From Chiloscyllium plagiosum (Eukaryota): 64,000 nucleotides of DNA. The DNA is taken from NCBI RefSeq assembly GCF_004010195.1, contig NC_057718.1, forward strand, positions 96,704,230-96,768,229. Reading direction: 5' to 3'. Under the pieces are notes generated by a model. The model saw nothing but the letters and a program-made list of their open reading frames with translations. It had not been told where the DNA came from and did not search any database. The position numbers and the translations under genes were made by a program. Of this stretch, positions 23,880 through 37,300 are shown in pieces (the first letter of the stretch is position 1; every line of letters begins with the position of its first letter).

Positions 23880-24960
23880 TCAGACACACTCTCATGCTCA
23901 CTCACACGCATCACCACACACTCCAGCGACACACTCACAGAAACAGCCACTATACACTTAAATGCAAAAAGACACTCACACCCACGCTGATAGATGACAG
24001 ACTAAACATACAGTCATAGGCGTGTACATACTCGTGGAAACATACATTACACACACACTCTCACACACATACAAACATACAGACTCTCTCACACACACAC
24101 TCTCACACTCATACAGACACACACAAACACACACTCTCTCTCTCTCGCATGTACACAAACACACTCTCTCAATCTCACACAGACGNNNNNNNNNNNNNNN
24201 NNNNNNNNNNNNNNNNNNNNNNNNNNNNNNNNNNNNNNNNNNNNNNNNNNNNNNNNNNNNNNNNNNNNNNNNNNNNNNNNNNNNNNNNNNNNNNNNNNNN
24301 NNNNNNNNNNNNNNNNNNNNNNNNNNNNNNNNNNNNNNNNNNNNNNNNNNNNNNNNNNNNNNNNNNNNNNNNNNNNNNNNNNNNNNNNNNNNNNNNNNNN
24401 NNNNNNNNNNNNNNNNNNNNNNNNNNNNNNNNNNNNNNNNNNNNNNNNNNNNNNNNNNNNNNNNNNNNNNNNNNNNNNNNNNNNNNNNNNNNNNNNNNNN
24501 NNNNNNNNNNNNNNNNNNNNNNNNNNNNNNNNNNNNNNNNNNNNNNNNNNNNNNNNNNNNNNNNNNNNNNNNNNNNNNNNNNNNNNNNNNNNNNNNNNNN
24601 NNNNNNNNNNNNNNNNNNNNNNNNNNNNNNNNNNNNNNNNNNNNNNNNNNNNNNNNNNNNNNNNNNNNNNNNNNNNTCACAAACACATGCACACACACTC
24701 TCTCTCTATCTCTCTCTCACACACACACACATGTCACAGGATCTCAGTCACACTCAGATGTAGTTAACATGAGTGCACACATACACAGCCAGTGTATTTG
24801 TGGACATGGACTCACAGCACACTTGCTCCCACACAGAAGGATATAGCACACTCTCACAGACACAAACACAGCACACACTCATTTACATTTCCACAAATAG
24901 AAACGTTCACAGATGTACTCACACACACCATGCATACATGCACACACACACACACACACA
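23880..24960. repeat. Degenerate (CA)n/(CT)n low-complexity tract spanning an assembly gap (24186-24676)
   Basis: CA/CT-rich sequence on both sides of the N run. Confidence 0.9.
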
Positions 24961-25104
24961 GAAAACCAATATTAACCCCCGCGAAGAAACAAACGTCAAC
25001 ATTAGATTTAACTGTTTCTTCAACAGAACTCTTGAATCATTGGCCAGTCCTGATCTGAAGTACATTTTTTCCCTTGACCCACCTAAAACTACTAAAATAA
25101 AATA

Positions 25105-25285
25105 AAAAACTGCAGGTGCTGGAGATTTATGAGAAACATAAAAATGAAAGTCGCTGGAGAAACACAGCAGGTTTGGCAGCATCTGTGGAGAGAAATGTGA
25201 CACCTCATCAGGCACTTACTCTGTTTCTCTCTCCACAGATACTACCAGACCTGCTGAGCTTCTCCAGCAATCTCTGTTCTTGATG
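25105..25285. mobile_element. Fold-back PLE-terminus element (family 3-like), centre lost
   Basis: gctggagaaacacagcaggtttggcagcatctgtggagagaa ... tctctccacagatactaccagacctgctgagcttctccagc. Confidence 0.8.
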
Positions 25286-25634
25286 GGTTCACTTAAAACT
25301 ACCTTATATTTTTGAGCCAACAAAGCTCAACCTTCTAGCCTATGGATGTAACCTGAAATATTTTAATTAGGCCATAAGTATATTTTAAAGGATGAATATA
25401 ATAAACATTTATAAACATGGCTTTGCACAGTAGGATTTAAATATGTATTTGTACATCTCCTGAATTCAGTTACAAAGGCGTTGAATTTAATAATACCTTT
25501 AAGTGTGTTGAATATTTAAGAATTAGTTGCATTATATCAAAAAATTATTTTAATGCAAGAAAAGAAATTACAAAAATACCCAAAGACATGAGTTTGTTTG
25601 ATAAAGAATACATTTCCGAAGAACTTTTAGGCCA

Positions 25635-26205
25635 CGTTTGCAATTCTGCTTTCCCTGCTACAGGAAAGATGTTGTGAAACTTGAAAGAGTGCAGAAAAGA
25701 TTTGCAGGGATGTTGCTGGAGTTGGGGTGGGGTTGTGGTGCAGGGGAGTGAAGAGCTATAAGGAGAGGCTGAATAGGTTGGGCAAATTTTCCCTGGAGCG
25801 TCAGAGGTTGAGGGGGTGACGTTATAGGAGTTTATAAAATCGTGAGGGGCATGGATAGGGTGAATAAATCATGAGGGGCATGGTAGGGTGAATAGCCAAG
25901 GATTTTATCCCCAGAGTAGGGGAGTCAAAAACGAGAGGGTATAAGTTTAGGGTGAGAGGAGAAAGATATAAAAGGGACCTAAGGGGCAACATTATCACGC
26001 AGAGGTGGTGTGTGTATGGAATGAACTGCCAGAGGAAGTGGTGGAGGCTGGTACAATTGCAACAGTTAAAAGGCATCTGGATGGGCATATGAATATGGGC
26101 TAAGTGCCGGTGAATGGAACTGGATTAAGTTAGGATATCTAGCCGGCATGGATGAGTTGGACCAGTGGGTCTGTTTTAGTGCTGTACATCTCTGTGACTC
26201 TATGG
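25635..26205 (+). mobile_element. CR1 LINE 3' fragment with a ~28-bp internal tandem duplication
   Basis: CR1 C-terminal motifs; gaggggcatggatagggtgaata repeated near 25840-25895. Confidence 0.9.
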
Positions 26206-27249
26206 CATTGCCCCTTCAAACTTTCTCCATGCCTTCACATTTAAACATCAAGGTAATGTTCATTTGCAATCACTCAGTGGAAAACAGCACCATCTAATGG
26301 TGGACGTTATGCTCATTCAAGACAGTGACCAAAGCAAGGTTTGTTGATTTACCTTCTCTGAAAGGTGATTAATAGATTTTACATTGATGGGTTGTATTCA
26401 TTTCCACCATTTTTCAATGAGGTGCATGGATGTTTTCAGTGTATAAATGAACCCGGAAACTCGTGCACAGCAGTGTAGTGTGCGGTGAGACTGCACAACA
26501 CTCCACTGAATGCAATATATCCAATTTTTGTTTGCATTCCAGGGAAAACAGATCAGAACTGCGGTGGCAGTTGGACGAACACAGTTGTGGTCCTGAGATT
26601 CCTGCTTCACTCACCCATCTCGCTTCCTTATGATGCAGGTTTAAAACTGAGGAGGACTGTTACTGATTTAACAGGCAGGTGAGAGTGACAGGCAGCACTG
26701 GGACCTTCTACGTAGCCTGTGCCAACTGCTCAGACGCCAAGTACAATATCTACACGCATTTCAGTCGCATTTATTCTAGCTTCGCCACTGTAAGCGGCTG
26801 CACTCAGTTTCCTTCCAGGACTGCGAATGTTATCGCTCTGCAATTCAATAACGTCATCTCATGGTGTGTTCTGAAGGAGAAAGCAGCTCAGTTCATACCG
26901 CAGACATTCAGAAGGTCGCCAAAGAGACGGAAGACATAAGTCATTCTCTTCACGTCAGTCTCTGCGTGGAATGAAATAGTTGCACAACACTTCAGGGACT
27001 GGAGTTGTTCTGAATTCAAAGCCGTTCCTGTTCTAGTTCCACATGCTTCCTATTTTTGCACTGTATGAGAATGTGTTAGCGCCTGTCTGAGGATTCCAGC
27101 TCCTGCAACAACTCATTTCAGTTTGTGGCTTCAACCTCACCAAGAGCACTCATTCCTCACTTTGCCTGAAAGGGAGAAAGATCTGTAATCTCATCCCACA
27201 CTGTCATTGCACTCTGTCAAAGGTCTGGTATTGACTCCATTGACACACG

Positions 27250-27560
27250 TCTCAGTGATTAGCACTGCTGCCTCACAGCGCCAGGGACCCGGGTTTGATC
27301 CCACACTCAGGTGACTTCCTGTGTGGAGTTTGCACGTTCTCCACTTGACTGCGTGAGCTTCCTCTGTGTGGTCTGATTTCCTCCCACAGTCCAAAGATCT
27401 GCAGAGCAGGGTGGATTGTTCATAGCGTTCAGGGATGTGTAGGTTAGGTGTATTAGTCAGGGGCATATCTAGGGGAATGGGTCTGGGTGGGATACTTGTC
27501 GGAGAGTTGGTTTGGACATGTTGGGCCAAATGGCCTATTTCCACACAGTAGGGATTCTAT
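27250..27560 (+). mobile_element. HE1-type V-SINE
   Basis: V-domain and tail. Confidence 0.88.
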
Positions 27561-27656
27561 GTGGCCTTTCAGGCTAGGCCTCTGTGTTACAATTACAGAA
27601 AGTCAGCTAGTGAACAATAGAGCTGGAGCTGATCTTTACACACTGATGTAAACATT

Positions 27657-28000
27657 TATTTTTATTCATTCATAGGAAGAAGGTGTCACTGGCTAGGCCA
27701 GCATTTATTGCCTGGAGGTCAGTTAAGAGTCAATTGCATTGCTGTGGACCTGGAGTCACATGTAGGCCAGAACATGTCAGGCTAGCAGTTTCCTTCCCTA
27801 AAGGACATTAGTGAACTAGATGGGTTTTGTTTCCCCAATAAGTGGCAATGGTTTCATGGTCTTTAGGTTCTTAACTCCAGACATTCTTTGAACTCAAATT
27901 CCACCTTCTGCTGTGGCAAGATTTGAACCTCAGTCCCCAGAACGTTACCTGGCTCATTAGATGAGCAGTCCAGTGATAAATACCACAAGGACATTGCCTT
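27657..28000 (-). mobile_element. SINE family B
   Basis: Matches 9165-9694. Confidence 0.85.
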
Positions 28001-28399
28001 TCCCTTTGTTTAGCAGCGATACACTTTACAAGCATGCATCTCTGAAACGACAGCAGGAACGCCAATGCCCGACATGTGCCTCCTCTAAGCGAGAGAGACA
28101 ACTTACTTCAGGGACTGACTCTGAGCTGGCTGGCCACAGGCAGTGCACATGTAAATAAAATGTGGCTCGGATAGTGGCCTTAGTGCAGTTATTTCAATCT
28201 CCCTTCTTCCACCTTCACAATCTCTGTACGATCTTAAGTGTAGGAGCACGAGTGATTCCATTAGCTGTGTACAGTTAATTTATAGTTCACATACAATTCT
28301 AGTCCCCTGACCCCGCAACTCTCTGCCTGCTACATGCCAACAATGCTTGCCCGTGCCCTGCCCTTCAGTTCCAGTTAAAATTGGACCCATTGTTTCTCT

Positions 28400-28600
28400 A
28401 AAATACACACATCGGTATTAGCAGAATTACGCCACTCAGCCCTTCAAGACTATCCCACCATGTGACAGAGTCAAGGCTGATCAGGTTGCTCCACGTTCCC
28501 ACCCACGCCTGACAACATTTCACACCTCTGCTCATCCAGAATCCATCCACCTCTGCCCTTAAAATATTCAGATACTCTCCAGAGCTGCAAACAGACCCCA
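28400..28600 (-). mobile_element. Old CR1 3' UTR fragment
   Basis: ccactcagcccttcaag...atccatccacctctgcccttaaaatattca. Confidence 0.55.
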
Positions 28601-28679
28601 ATCCTCACTGATTTACTGACCAAACCCAGTCTAGAAGCATCCCACCCCGCCAAGGGAACATCACAGGGAGGGTTTTAAT

Positions 28680-28865
28680 ATTCATTCATGGGATGAGGGT
28701 GTCGTTGGCTCGGCCGGCATTTATTGCTCCATCTCCAACAGTTGAGAGTCGACCACGTGGCTGTGGGTCTGGAGTCACGTGTAGGCCAGACCAGGTAAGG
28801 ATGGCACATTCCTTCCCAAAGGGCATTAGTGAACCTGATGGGCTTTCCCAACAATCAACAATGGC
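28680..28865 (-). mobile_element. SINE family B, 3' half
   Basis: Matches 9165-9550. Confidence 0.8.
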
Positions 28866-28874
28866 TTAGACATT

Positions 28875-29195
28875 GGGTGGCACGGTGGCTCAGTGGTTAG
28901 CACTGCTATCTCACAGCGCCAGGGACCGGGTTCAATTCCAGCCTCAGGCGACTGTTTGTGTGGAGTTTGCACATTCTCCTTGTGTCTGCGTGGGTTTCCT
29001 CCCACAATCCAAAGATGTGCAGGTTAGGTGAATTGGCCATACTAAATTGCCTATAGTGTTCAGGGATGTGTAGGTTAGGTGCATTGGACAGGAGTAAATG
29101 TAGAGTAGGAGTATGGGCTTGGATGGGATACTCTTCGGGGGGTCGGTGTGGACTTGTTGGGCCAAAGGGCCTGTTTCCACACTGTAGGGAATCTA
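28875..29195 (+). mobile_element. HE1-type V-SINE
   Basis: Head, V-domain and tail. Confidence 0.92.
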
Positions 29196-29359
29196 AAAGT
29201 CATGGTCTGGAGTCTTCACCCCAAATGAGAGAGTATGACTGTAACTCTGTTTCTATCTCACAGACCGGAAGCAACTTTGAGGAATTTTGTCTTTCAAAGA
29301 TGTGGGAATGTGCATTTATAGCATTTCTAGTTCTGGCCCACCCCACCTGGAAAAGCATT

Positions 29360-30065
29360 ATCATAGAATCATATGGTGTGAAAGAGGGCCTTTGGCCAAC
29401 TGGGGCTGTACTGCCAAAAATACATCCAGTCTACACTAGTCACACTTGCCAACGCTGGGCCCATAGTTTTGATTCAATGGCACTTCAAGTGGTCATCCAA
29501 GCACTTCTTAAAGGTTGTGAGATTTCCTGCCTTAACTCCCCTTCCAGGGAGCGTATTCCAGGCCCCCATTATCCTCCAAGTGAAAAACTATTTCCTCAAA
29601 TCAACTCTAAATCTCCTGCCTTTCACCTTAAAATAACACTCCTTTGTTATTGACCCTTGACTAAGGGGAATAGTTGCTTTCTGTTCATTCTGTCCAAGCC
29701 CTTCATAATCTTATGCACCTCACTCAGGTCTTGTCTCAACCTTCTTTGTTCTTCAGAGAACAGCCTGAGCTTATCCAACCTCTCTCCATAGCTAAGGTGA
29801 TCCATCCCAGGCAACACCTTGCCAGATCTCCTCTGCTCTCCCTCTCTCTCTCGTGCAATCACATCCTTCCTGTTATTGGTGACCAGGACTGCACACTGTA
29901 AACTAAAGCTCTGTACAGCCCCAGCATGACCTCCCTGTTCTTATAACCTGGGTTACAGCTGATGAAGTCAATTGCCCCATCTGCCTTGTTAACCACCTAT
30001 TAGCTTGACCTTCAAACTTCAGGGATCTGTGGACACACACCCCAATATCCCTCTGAGCTTCCTGG
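29360..30065 (-). mobile_element. CR1 LINE fragment (older subfamily)
   Basis: Minus frame LSYGERLDKLRLFSEEQRRLRQDLSEVHKIMKG. Confidence 0.85.
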
Positions 30066-30338
30066 TAAAGGTTTAAGGTGAGAGGGGGAAGATTTAAAAG
30101 GGACCTGAAAGGCAACTTTTTCACAGTGCGTATATGGAATGAGCTGCCAGAGGAAGTGATGGAGGCTGGTACAATTACATTTCAAAGGCATCTGGATAGG
30201 CACATGAATAGGAAGGCTTTAGAGGGTTATGGGACAAATGCTGGCAAATGGGGCTAAATTAATTTAGAATATCTGGCCGGCATGGTCGAGTTGGACCGAA
30301 AGATCTGTTTCCATGCTGTACACCTCTATGACTCTATG
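30066..30338 (+). mobile_element. CR1 LINE 3' end
   Basis: WNELPEEVMEAG and 3' UTR ending ctctatgactctatga. Confidence 0.9.
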
Positions 30339-30979
30339 AATTTGAGAGATTTCAAACTATGTTCGTGTCATGTTGTCCATGCAGAAATATATACCAAATG
30401 GAAACATTTATTGAGGATTCTACCTGTACAATTATATAAAGGGATAGTGGCAAACCAATCAGAATGTGTGACAATTGTTTTCACTGTCATAATGATTTTG
30501 TCACTTCGATCACAAGCACATTTTGACAAGAGTCATTGACTTCATCTTAGTTCATGGAGGGAGAAAACTCTCCCTGTCAGAATTGAAATATCTCTTAAGC
30601 TGATCACATTATGTGTCATTTCCACCATACTACCTGCAAGAGTGGATTGCAATTCATGTGAAGAACATCTTAAAGTAGATTTTCTTTTGTTTTGCAACAT
30701 AACGTGAAGGCATGGGTCCTCAAATTCACAAGGCTAATGATGAGGCTCACAGCACTGTTTGAAAGCTCAGTGGGTCCTGGTCTATTGCATATCACCCCAA
30801 GCCCAGTTCAAGGTGCCATACTCAGGATGAGGTCGAATGTAAGGCTGAGATAGTGAAGAAACTAAGCGTCATGAGGATGAGGCAGAAAAGTGAGGTTAAG
30901 GATTATCTGATCCTTCATGATCTTTTTGAATGGCAGAACAGACCTGATGGGCTGATTGGCCAACTTGTGCTGTTGTGTC

Positions 30980-31325
30980 TGTTGGAATATTGCGTGCAAT
31001 TCTGGTCTCCTTCTTATCGGAAAGATGTTGTGAAACCTGAAAGGGTTCAGAAGAGATTTACAAGGATGTTGCCAGGGTGGGAGGGTTTGAGCTACAGGGA
31101 GAGGCTGAACAGGCTGGGGCTGTTTTCCCAGAGGAAGTGGTGGAGGCTGGTACAATTGCAACATTTAAGAGGCATTTGGATGGGTATATTAATAGGAAGG
31201 GTTTGGAGGGATATAGGCTGGGTGCTGGCAGTTGGGACTAGATTGGGTTGGGATATCTGGTCAGCATGAACGGGTTGGACCGAAGGGTCTGTTTCCATGC
31301 TGTACATCTCTCTGACTCTCTGAGT
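30980..31325 (+). mobile_element. CR1 3' fragment with internal deletion
   Basis: LLEYCVQFWSP...LGLFS joined directly to agaggaagtggtggag. Confidence 0.9.
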
Positions 31326-31734
31326 CTATGTCTCATGGATTACAATCCTCTTCTTACGACTGCAACACCAGTGAATGCATTCCTGTGCTGCTGGAAGAAC
31401 TGGAAACCTCACTGAGGCATCAGTGTCAACTTAAACCTCTTCAGAGATCTTACAACTGTGGAGAGCTGTTTAATAGAATCCTCCTCTCCCATATACATGA
31501 CATTACCCATTCCATTCCAAAAGACCAGGCAGTAGTCTGCAGGCATCCAGCACTCACCCCAAATTAAACCTGAACCATAAAGGGTTAATTAAGTTATAGA
31601 ACAAACTGCAACTTCCTCCAGAGTATGGCAGCTTGAGGAAGGCAAAGTTAGAAGGCTCCTGCTAACAAGGGCTAATATCCATATTATCTCCTTTGAAGCG
31701 ATCTGCAACATTGAAGCCATTCATTTCCTATCTA

Positions 31735-32020
31735 CAGCCCTAAGATCCTGCCTGCTCTCTCAGGCAGACTTAGGAGATCCCTGACACTATTTCAAAGAAG
31801 GGTGAGGGATTTATTCCCAGTGTCCGAAATAATAATATTTCTCCATCTGGGTCAGAGAGACAGATTTGCTGATGGGTTTCACATTGCTGTTTGCAGGGCT
31901 TTGCTGTGCACAAACTGATTTCCTCATTACTTACATTGTTGGAGTACTACTCCTCGAAGGTACTTAAGCTGTTCTAAGGTCATAAAAGGTGCGATATGTA
32001 AAAATGCAGATCTGTCTTTG
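31735..32020 (+). mobile_element. DeuSINE-like remnant
   Basis: cacattgctgtttgcagggctttgctgtgcacaaa (Deu-domain-like) and L2-type tail ggtgcgatatgtaaaaatgcag. Confidence 0.55.
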
Positions 32021-32330
32021 CTAAGAATGTAGCATCGGAACTTTTATACCTACAGGATGGTGGGAGTCTGGAACTCACTGCCTGAAAATGTGGTGGAGGC
32101 AGAAACGCTCATTATATTTAAGAGTAACTGTGTGCCAAAACATACAAGTTTATGAGCTAAGTGCTGGAAAATGGGATTGAAATAGTTAAATGGTTATTTT
32201 TGAGTGGTGTGCAGTCACAATAGCTGAAGGACCTTTTTCAGTGCTATAGGTGGTCAATATGATGGCTCAGCAGTTATCACTACTACTTCACAGTACCAGG
32301 TTCAATGCCAGCCTTGGGTAACTGCTGAGT

Positions 32331-32514
32331 TTGATTTATTGTTGTCACATGTACCAAGATACAGTGAAAAATGTTGTTTTGCGTGCTATGCAGGCAGATT
32401 GTACTGTACAAAGTGCATCAGGATAACAGAACAGAGCGCAGAATTAGGTGTAGAGAAAGTGCAGAGAGAGAGAGATCAGAATTAATATTTGAGACGTCCA
32501 TTCAAACCTCTGAT
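32331..32514 (-). mobile_element. Rex1/Babar-like LINE 3' tail, continued at 37905-37935
   Basis: Minus tttcactgtatcttggtacatgtgacaacaataaatcaa; ccattcaaacctctgata is continued by acagtgggaagaagctgttc. Confidence 0.55.
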
Positions 32515-34168
32515 AGGTTCCCAGGTAAAGGGACGACTGGAAAGTGGGAAGCCTTCAAAAATGAGATAACAAATCCAGAAACAATATGCTCCTGTTAGGG
32601 TGACGGGCAAGGCTGGCAGGTGTAGGGAACGTTGGATGACTGGAGAAATCGAGATTTTGGTCAAGAAGAAGAAGGAAGCATATATCAGGTATAGACAGGA
32701 GAATCAAGTGAATCCTTAGAAGAGTATAAAGCCAGTAGGAGTATATTTAAGACTGAAATCAGGAGGGCAAAAAGGGGACATAAGGTAGCTTTGGCAAATA
32801 GGGTTAAGGAGAATCCAAAGAGGTTCTATAAATGCATTAAGACCAAAAAGGGTAACTAGGGAGAGAATAGGGCCCCTCAAAAATCAGCAACGCAGCCCAT
32901 GTGTGGAGCAGCAGGAAATGAGGGAGATACTAAATGAGAATTTTGCATCAGTGTTTACTGTGGAGAAGGACATGGAAGATATAGAATGTGGGGAAATAGA
33001 TGATGACATCTTGAAAAATATTGATATTACAGAGGAGGAGGTGCTGGGTGTCTTAAAACACACAAAGATAGATAAATCCCCAGAACCTGATCAGGTGTAC
33101 CCAAGAACTCCATGGGAAGCTAGGGAAGTGATTGCTGGACCCCTTGCTGAGATATTTGTTTCATCGATAGTCACAGGTGAGGTGCCAGAAAATTGGACGT
33201 TGGCTAACGTGGTTTAAGAAAAGTGGTAAGGAAAATCCTGGGAACTATAGACCAGTGAGCCTGACATCAATATGGGGCAGGTTGTTGGAGGGAATCCTGA
33301 GGGACAGGATTTGGAAAGGCAAGGGATTAGTCAACATGGTTTTGTGCGTGGGAAATCATGTCTCACAAACGTTATTGAGTTTTTGAAGAAGTAACAAAGA
33401 GGATTGTTGAGGGCAGAGCAGTGGACATGATCTATATGGACTTCAGTAAAGCATTTGACAAGATTCCCCATGGGAGATTGGTTAGCAAGGTTAGATCTCA
33501 TGGAATAGAGGGAGAACTACTCATTTGGATACAGAACTGGCTCAAAGGTAGAAGGCAGAGGGTGGTGGTGGATGGTTGCTTTTCAGACTGGAGGCCTGTG
33601 ACCAGTGGAATGACACAAGGATCGGTGCTGGGTCCACTACTTTTTGTCATTAGATAAATGATTTGGATGTGAACATAGGAGATATAGCTACTAGGTTTGC
33701 AGATGACTCCAAAATTGGAAATGCAGTGGGCAGTGAAGAAGATTACCTCAGAGTACAATGGGATCATGATCAGATGGGCCAATGGGCTGAGGAGTGGCAG
33801 ATGGAGTTTAATTTAGATAAATGTGAGGTGCTATATTTTGGAAAGGCAAATCAGGGCAGGACTTATACACTTAATGGTAAGGTGCTAGGGTGTGTTGCTG
33901 AACAAAGAGACCTTGGAGTGCAGGTTCATAGTGCCTTGAAAGTGGAGTGTCAGGTAGATGGGATAGTGAAGAAGGCATTTTTTTATGCTTTCCTTTATTG
34001 AGTACAGGATTTGGAAGTTCATATTGCGGCTGTACAGGACATTGGTTAGGCCACTGTTGGAATATTGCGTGCAATTCTGGTCTCCTTCCTATTGGAAAGA
34101 TGTTGTGACACTTGAAAGGGTTCAGAAAAGATTTACAAGGATGTTGCCAGGGTTGGAGGATCTGAGCT
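32515..34168 (+). mobile_element. Long disrupted CR1 LINE (upstream-of-RT and RT regions) up to gap
   Basis: ILNENFASVFT, DKSPEPDQVYPR, PGNYRPVSLTS, MDFSKAFDKIPH, QGSVLGPLLF, FADDSK; multiple stops and frameshifts. Confidence 0.95.
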
Positions 34169-34634
34169 NNNNNNNNNNNNNNNNNNNNNNNNNNNNNNNN
34201 NNNNNNNNNNNNNNNNNNNNNNNNNNNNNNNNNNNNNNNNNNNNNNNNNNNNNNNNNNNNNNNNNNNNNNNNNNNNNNNNNNNNNNNNNNNNNNNNNNNN
34301 NNNNNNNNNNNNNNNNNNNNNNNNNNNNNNNNNNNNNNNNNNNNNNNNNNNNNNNNNNNNNNNNNNNNNNNNNNNNNNNNNNNNNNNNNNNNNNNNNNNN
34401 NNNNNNNNNNNNNNNNNNNNNNNNNNNNNNNNNNNNNNNNNNNNNNNNNNNNNNNNNNNNNNNNNNNNNNNNNNNNNNNNNNNNNNNNNNNNNNNNNNNN
34501 NNNNNNNNNNNNNNNNNNNNNNNNNNNNNNNNNNNNNNNNNNNNNNNNNNNNNNNNNNNNNNNNNNNNNNNNNNNNNNNNNNNNNNNNNNNNNNNNNNNN
34601 NNNNNNNNNNNNNNNNNNNNNNNNNNNNNNNNNN

Positions 34635-37300
34635 ATGTTTTGGGCATAAGCCCTTCATCAGGAATGTGGGGTGGGGGAATGGCGCTGAGAATAAATTGGA
34701 GGGGGTGGGTTGGGGGGAAGGTAGCGAAAAAGTGATAGCTAGATGAAAGTGAGGGAGAAGGTGATAGGTCGGGAGGGTTGGAGCGGATTGATGGGAAAGG
34801 TGACGGACAGGTCAGGAGGACGGTGCTGAGTTGGAGGCTTGGGACTGGGATAATGTGGGGGGAGGGCCAATGAGGAAACTGTTGAAGTCCCCATTAATCC
34901 AGTGTGGTTGCAGGGTCCTAAGTCAAAACATGAGGCTTTTTTTCCTCCAGGCGTTGGGTGGTAAGAGTTTGGTGATGGAGGAGGCCCATGACCTGCAAAC
35001 CCTTGGCGGAGTGGGAGGGGGAGTTGAAGTGTTCAGTCACGGGGTGGTGGGGTTGATTGGTGCTGGTGTCTCAGAGATGTTCTCTGAAATGATCTGCAAG
35101 AAGGCGTTCTGTCTCTTGGATGTAGAGGAGACCACATCAGGTGCAACGGATACAGTAGACAAGTGGTAGTTTGGCGCACCGACCTCTACACCGCTGAAGC
35201 CAGGCGCCAACTTGCAGACACCTCCTCTTACTGCCCCTTCGTCACAACCTCACCACCCATCACCAAACCATCATCTCCCAGACCATTCGCAACCTCATTA
35301 CCACAGGGGATCTCCCATCCACAGCCTCCAACCTAACGGCCCAGAACCCTGCACCACCAGATTCTACCTCCTACCAAAGATTCACAAACCTGACTACCTC
35401 AGTTAACCCATTGTCTCAGCCTGTTCCTGTCACAATGAACTCATCTCTGCCTACCTCGACACCGTCCTGTCCCCCCTTAGTCCAGGAACTCCCCACCTAT
35501 ATTCAGGACACCACCCACATCTTTCAACTCCTCCAAGATATTCGTTTCCCCGGCCCCCAATACCTCATCTTCACCATGAACATCCATTCCCTGTTCACAT
35601 CTACCCGCCATGACAAAGGTCTCTAAGCTCTCCGTTTCTTCCTCTCACGCCATCCCAACCAGTACCTTTCCACCGACACCCTCATCTGCCTGGCTGAACT
35701 GGTCCTCACCCTCAACAATTTTTCCTTCCCATCTCCCACTTCCTCCAAACCAAAGGGGTAGCCATGGGCCCCGCATGGGACCCAGCTATGCCTGCCTCTT
35801 TATCTGGTACGTGGAACAGTCTATCTTCCGCAGCTACACCAACACCATTCCCCACCTGTTCCTCTGCTACATCGATGACTTTATCTGCGCAACCTTGTGC
35901 TCCCGCGAGGAGGTTGATCAATTCATCAACTTCACCAACACATTCTGCTCCAACCTCAAATTCACGTGGACCATCTCTGATACCTTCCTCTCCTTCCTGG
36001 ACCACTCCAACATCGTCTCTGGTGACCAACTAACCACATACATCTACTACAAGCCCACCAACTTTACCTAGACTACACCTCTTCTCACCCTACCTCTGGT
36101 AAAAATGCCATCCCTTATTCCCAATTCCTCTGCCTCCACCACATCTGTTCCCAACATGTCCAATTCCTCCTTCTTCCAAGATCACAATTTCTCTTCACAT
36201 GTGGTCATTGATGCCCTCCAGCGCACCTCCTCCACTTCTCGCACTACCGCCCTTGAACCCCACCCCTTCCAATTGCAACCAGGCAGAGCCCTCCTGGTCT
36301 TCACCTTCCAACCAACCTCCATATACATTGCATAATCCTCCGCCACCTCCATACAGACCCCACCAACAGAGATATATTTTCCTCCCCACCCCTATCCGGA
36401 GAGACCATTCCCTCAGCGACTCCCTCGTCATGTCCACGCCTCCCACCAGCCCACACCTCACTCCTGGCACCTTCCCCTGCCACCGCAGGAAGTGCAAAAC
36501 CTGCACCTGCACCACTCCCCTCAGCTCTGTCGAAGGCCCCAAAGGATCCTTCCACATTCGACAGAAATTTACCTGTACCTCTACCAATGTCATCTACTGT
36601 ATCCGTTGCACTCAATGTGGACTCCTTTACATCAGGGAGACAGGGTGCCTTCTTGAGGTTTGTTCCAGAGAACATCTCTGGGACACTCGTGCCCACCAAC
36701 CCCACTGCCCCATGGCTGAACAGTTCAATTCCCCTCCCACTCCACCAAGGCCTTGCAGTCTTGAGCCTCCTCCATTGCCAAACCGTTACCACCCGATGCC
36801 TAGAGGAAGAACACCGTGGGCGGCACAGTGGCTCAGTGGTTAGCACCGCTGCCTCACAGCACCAGGATCCCAGGTTCGATTCCAACCTCGGGTGACTGTC
36901 TATGTGGAGTTTGCATGTTCTCCCCGTGTCTGCGTGGGTTTCTTCCCATAGTCACAAAGATGTGCAGGTCAGGTGAATTGGCCATGCTAAATTGCCCATA
37001 ATGCTAGGTGCATTAGTCAGAGGGAAATGGGTCTGGATGGGTTACTCTTCGGTGGGTCAATGTGGACTGGTTGGGCTGAAGGGCCTGTTTCTATACTGTA
37101 GGGAATCTAATCTAATTAATATTCCACATTGGGACCCTACAACCATACGGGATCAATGTGGATTTTAACAGATTCCTCATTTTCCCTCCCCGACGTTATC
37201 CCAGTCCCAAGCCTCCAACTCGGCACCATGCCCGAAGCGTTGATTCTCCTGCTACTCGGATGCTGCCTGACCTGCTGTGCTTTTCCAGCACCACACCCTT
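34635..37300 (+). mobile_element. Penelope-like element (Neptune-like) with inverted 3' segment at 34635-35160, disrupted
   Basis: FYLLPKIHKP, MGPSYACLF, YIDD RT motifs; CHRRKCKTC linker; VIYCIRCTQCGLLYIRETG GIY-YIG; family-1 terminal repeat at both ends in opposite orientation. Confidence 0.92.
36817..37115 (+). mobile_element. HE1 SINE inserted in the PLE endonuclease
   Basis: PLE frame LEEEH resumes IFHIGTLQPYGINVDF after the SINE. Confidence 0.92.

Noticed and set aside
23976..24846. Long ORFs of 170-270 aa (also those at 33871-34746, 59994-60777 and 62483-63113)
   Set aside because: Length comes from N runs and low-complexity or transposon flanks.
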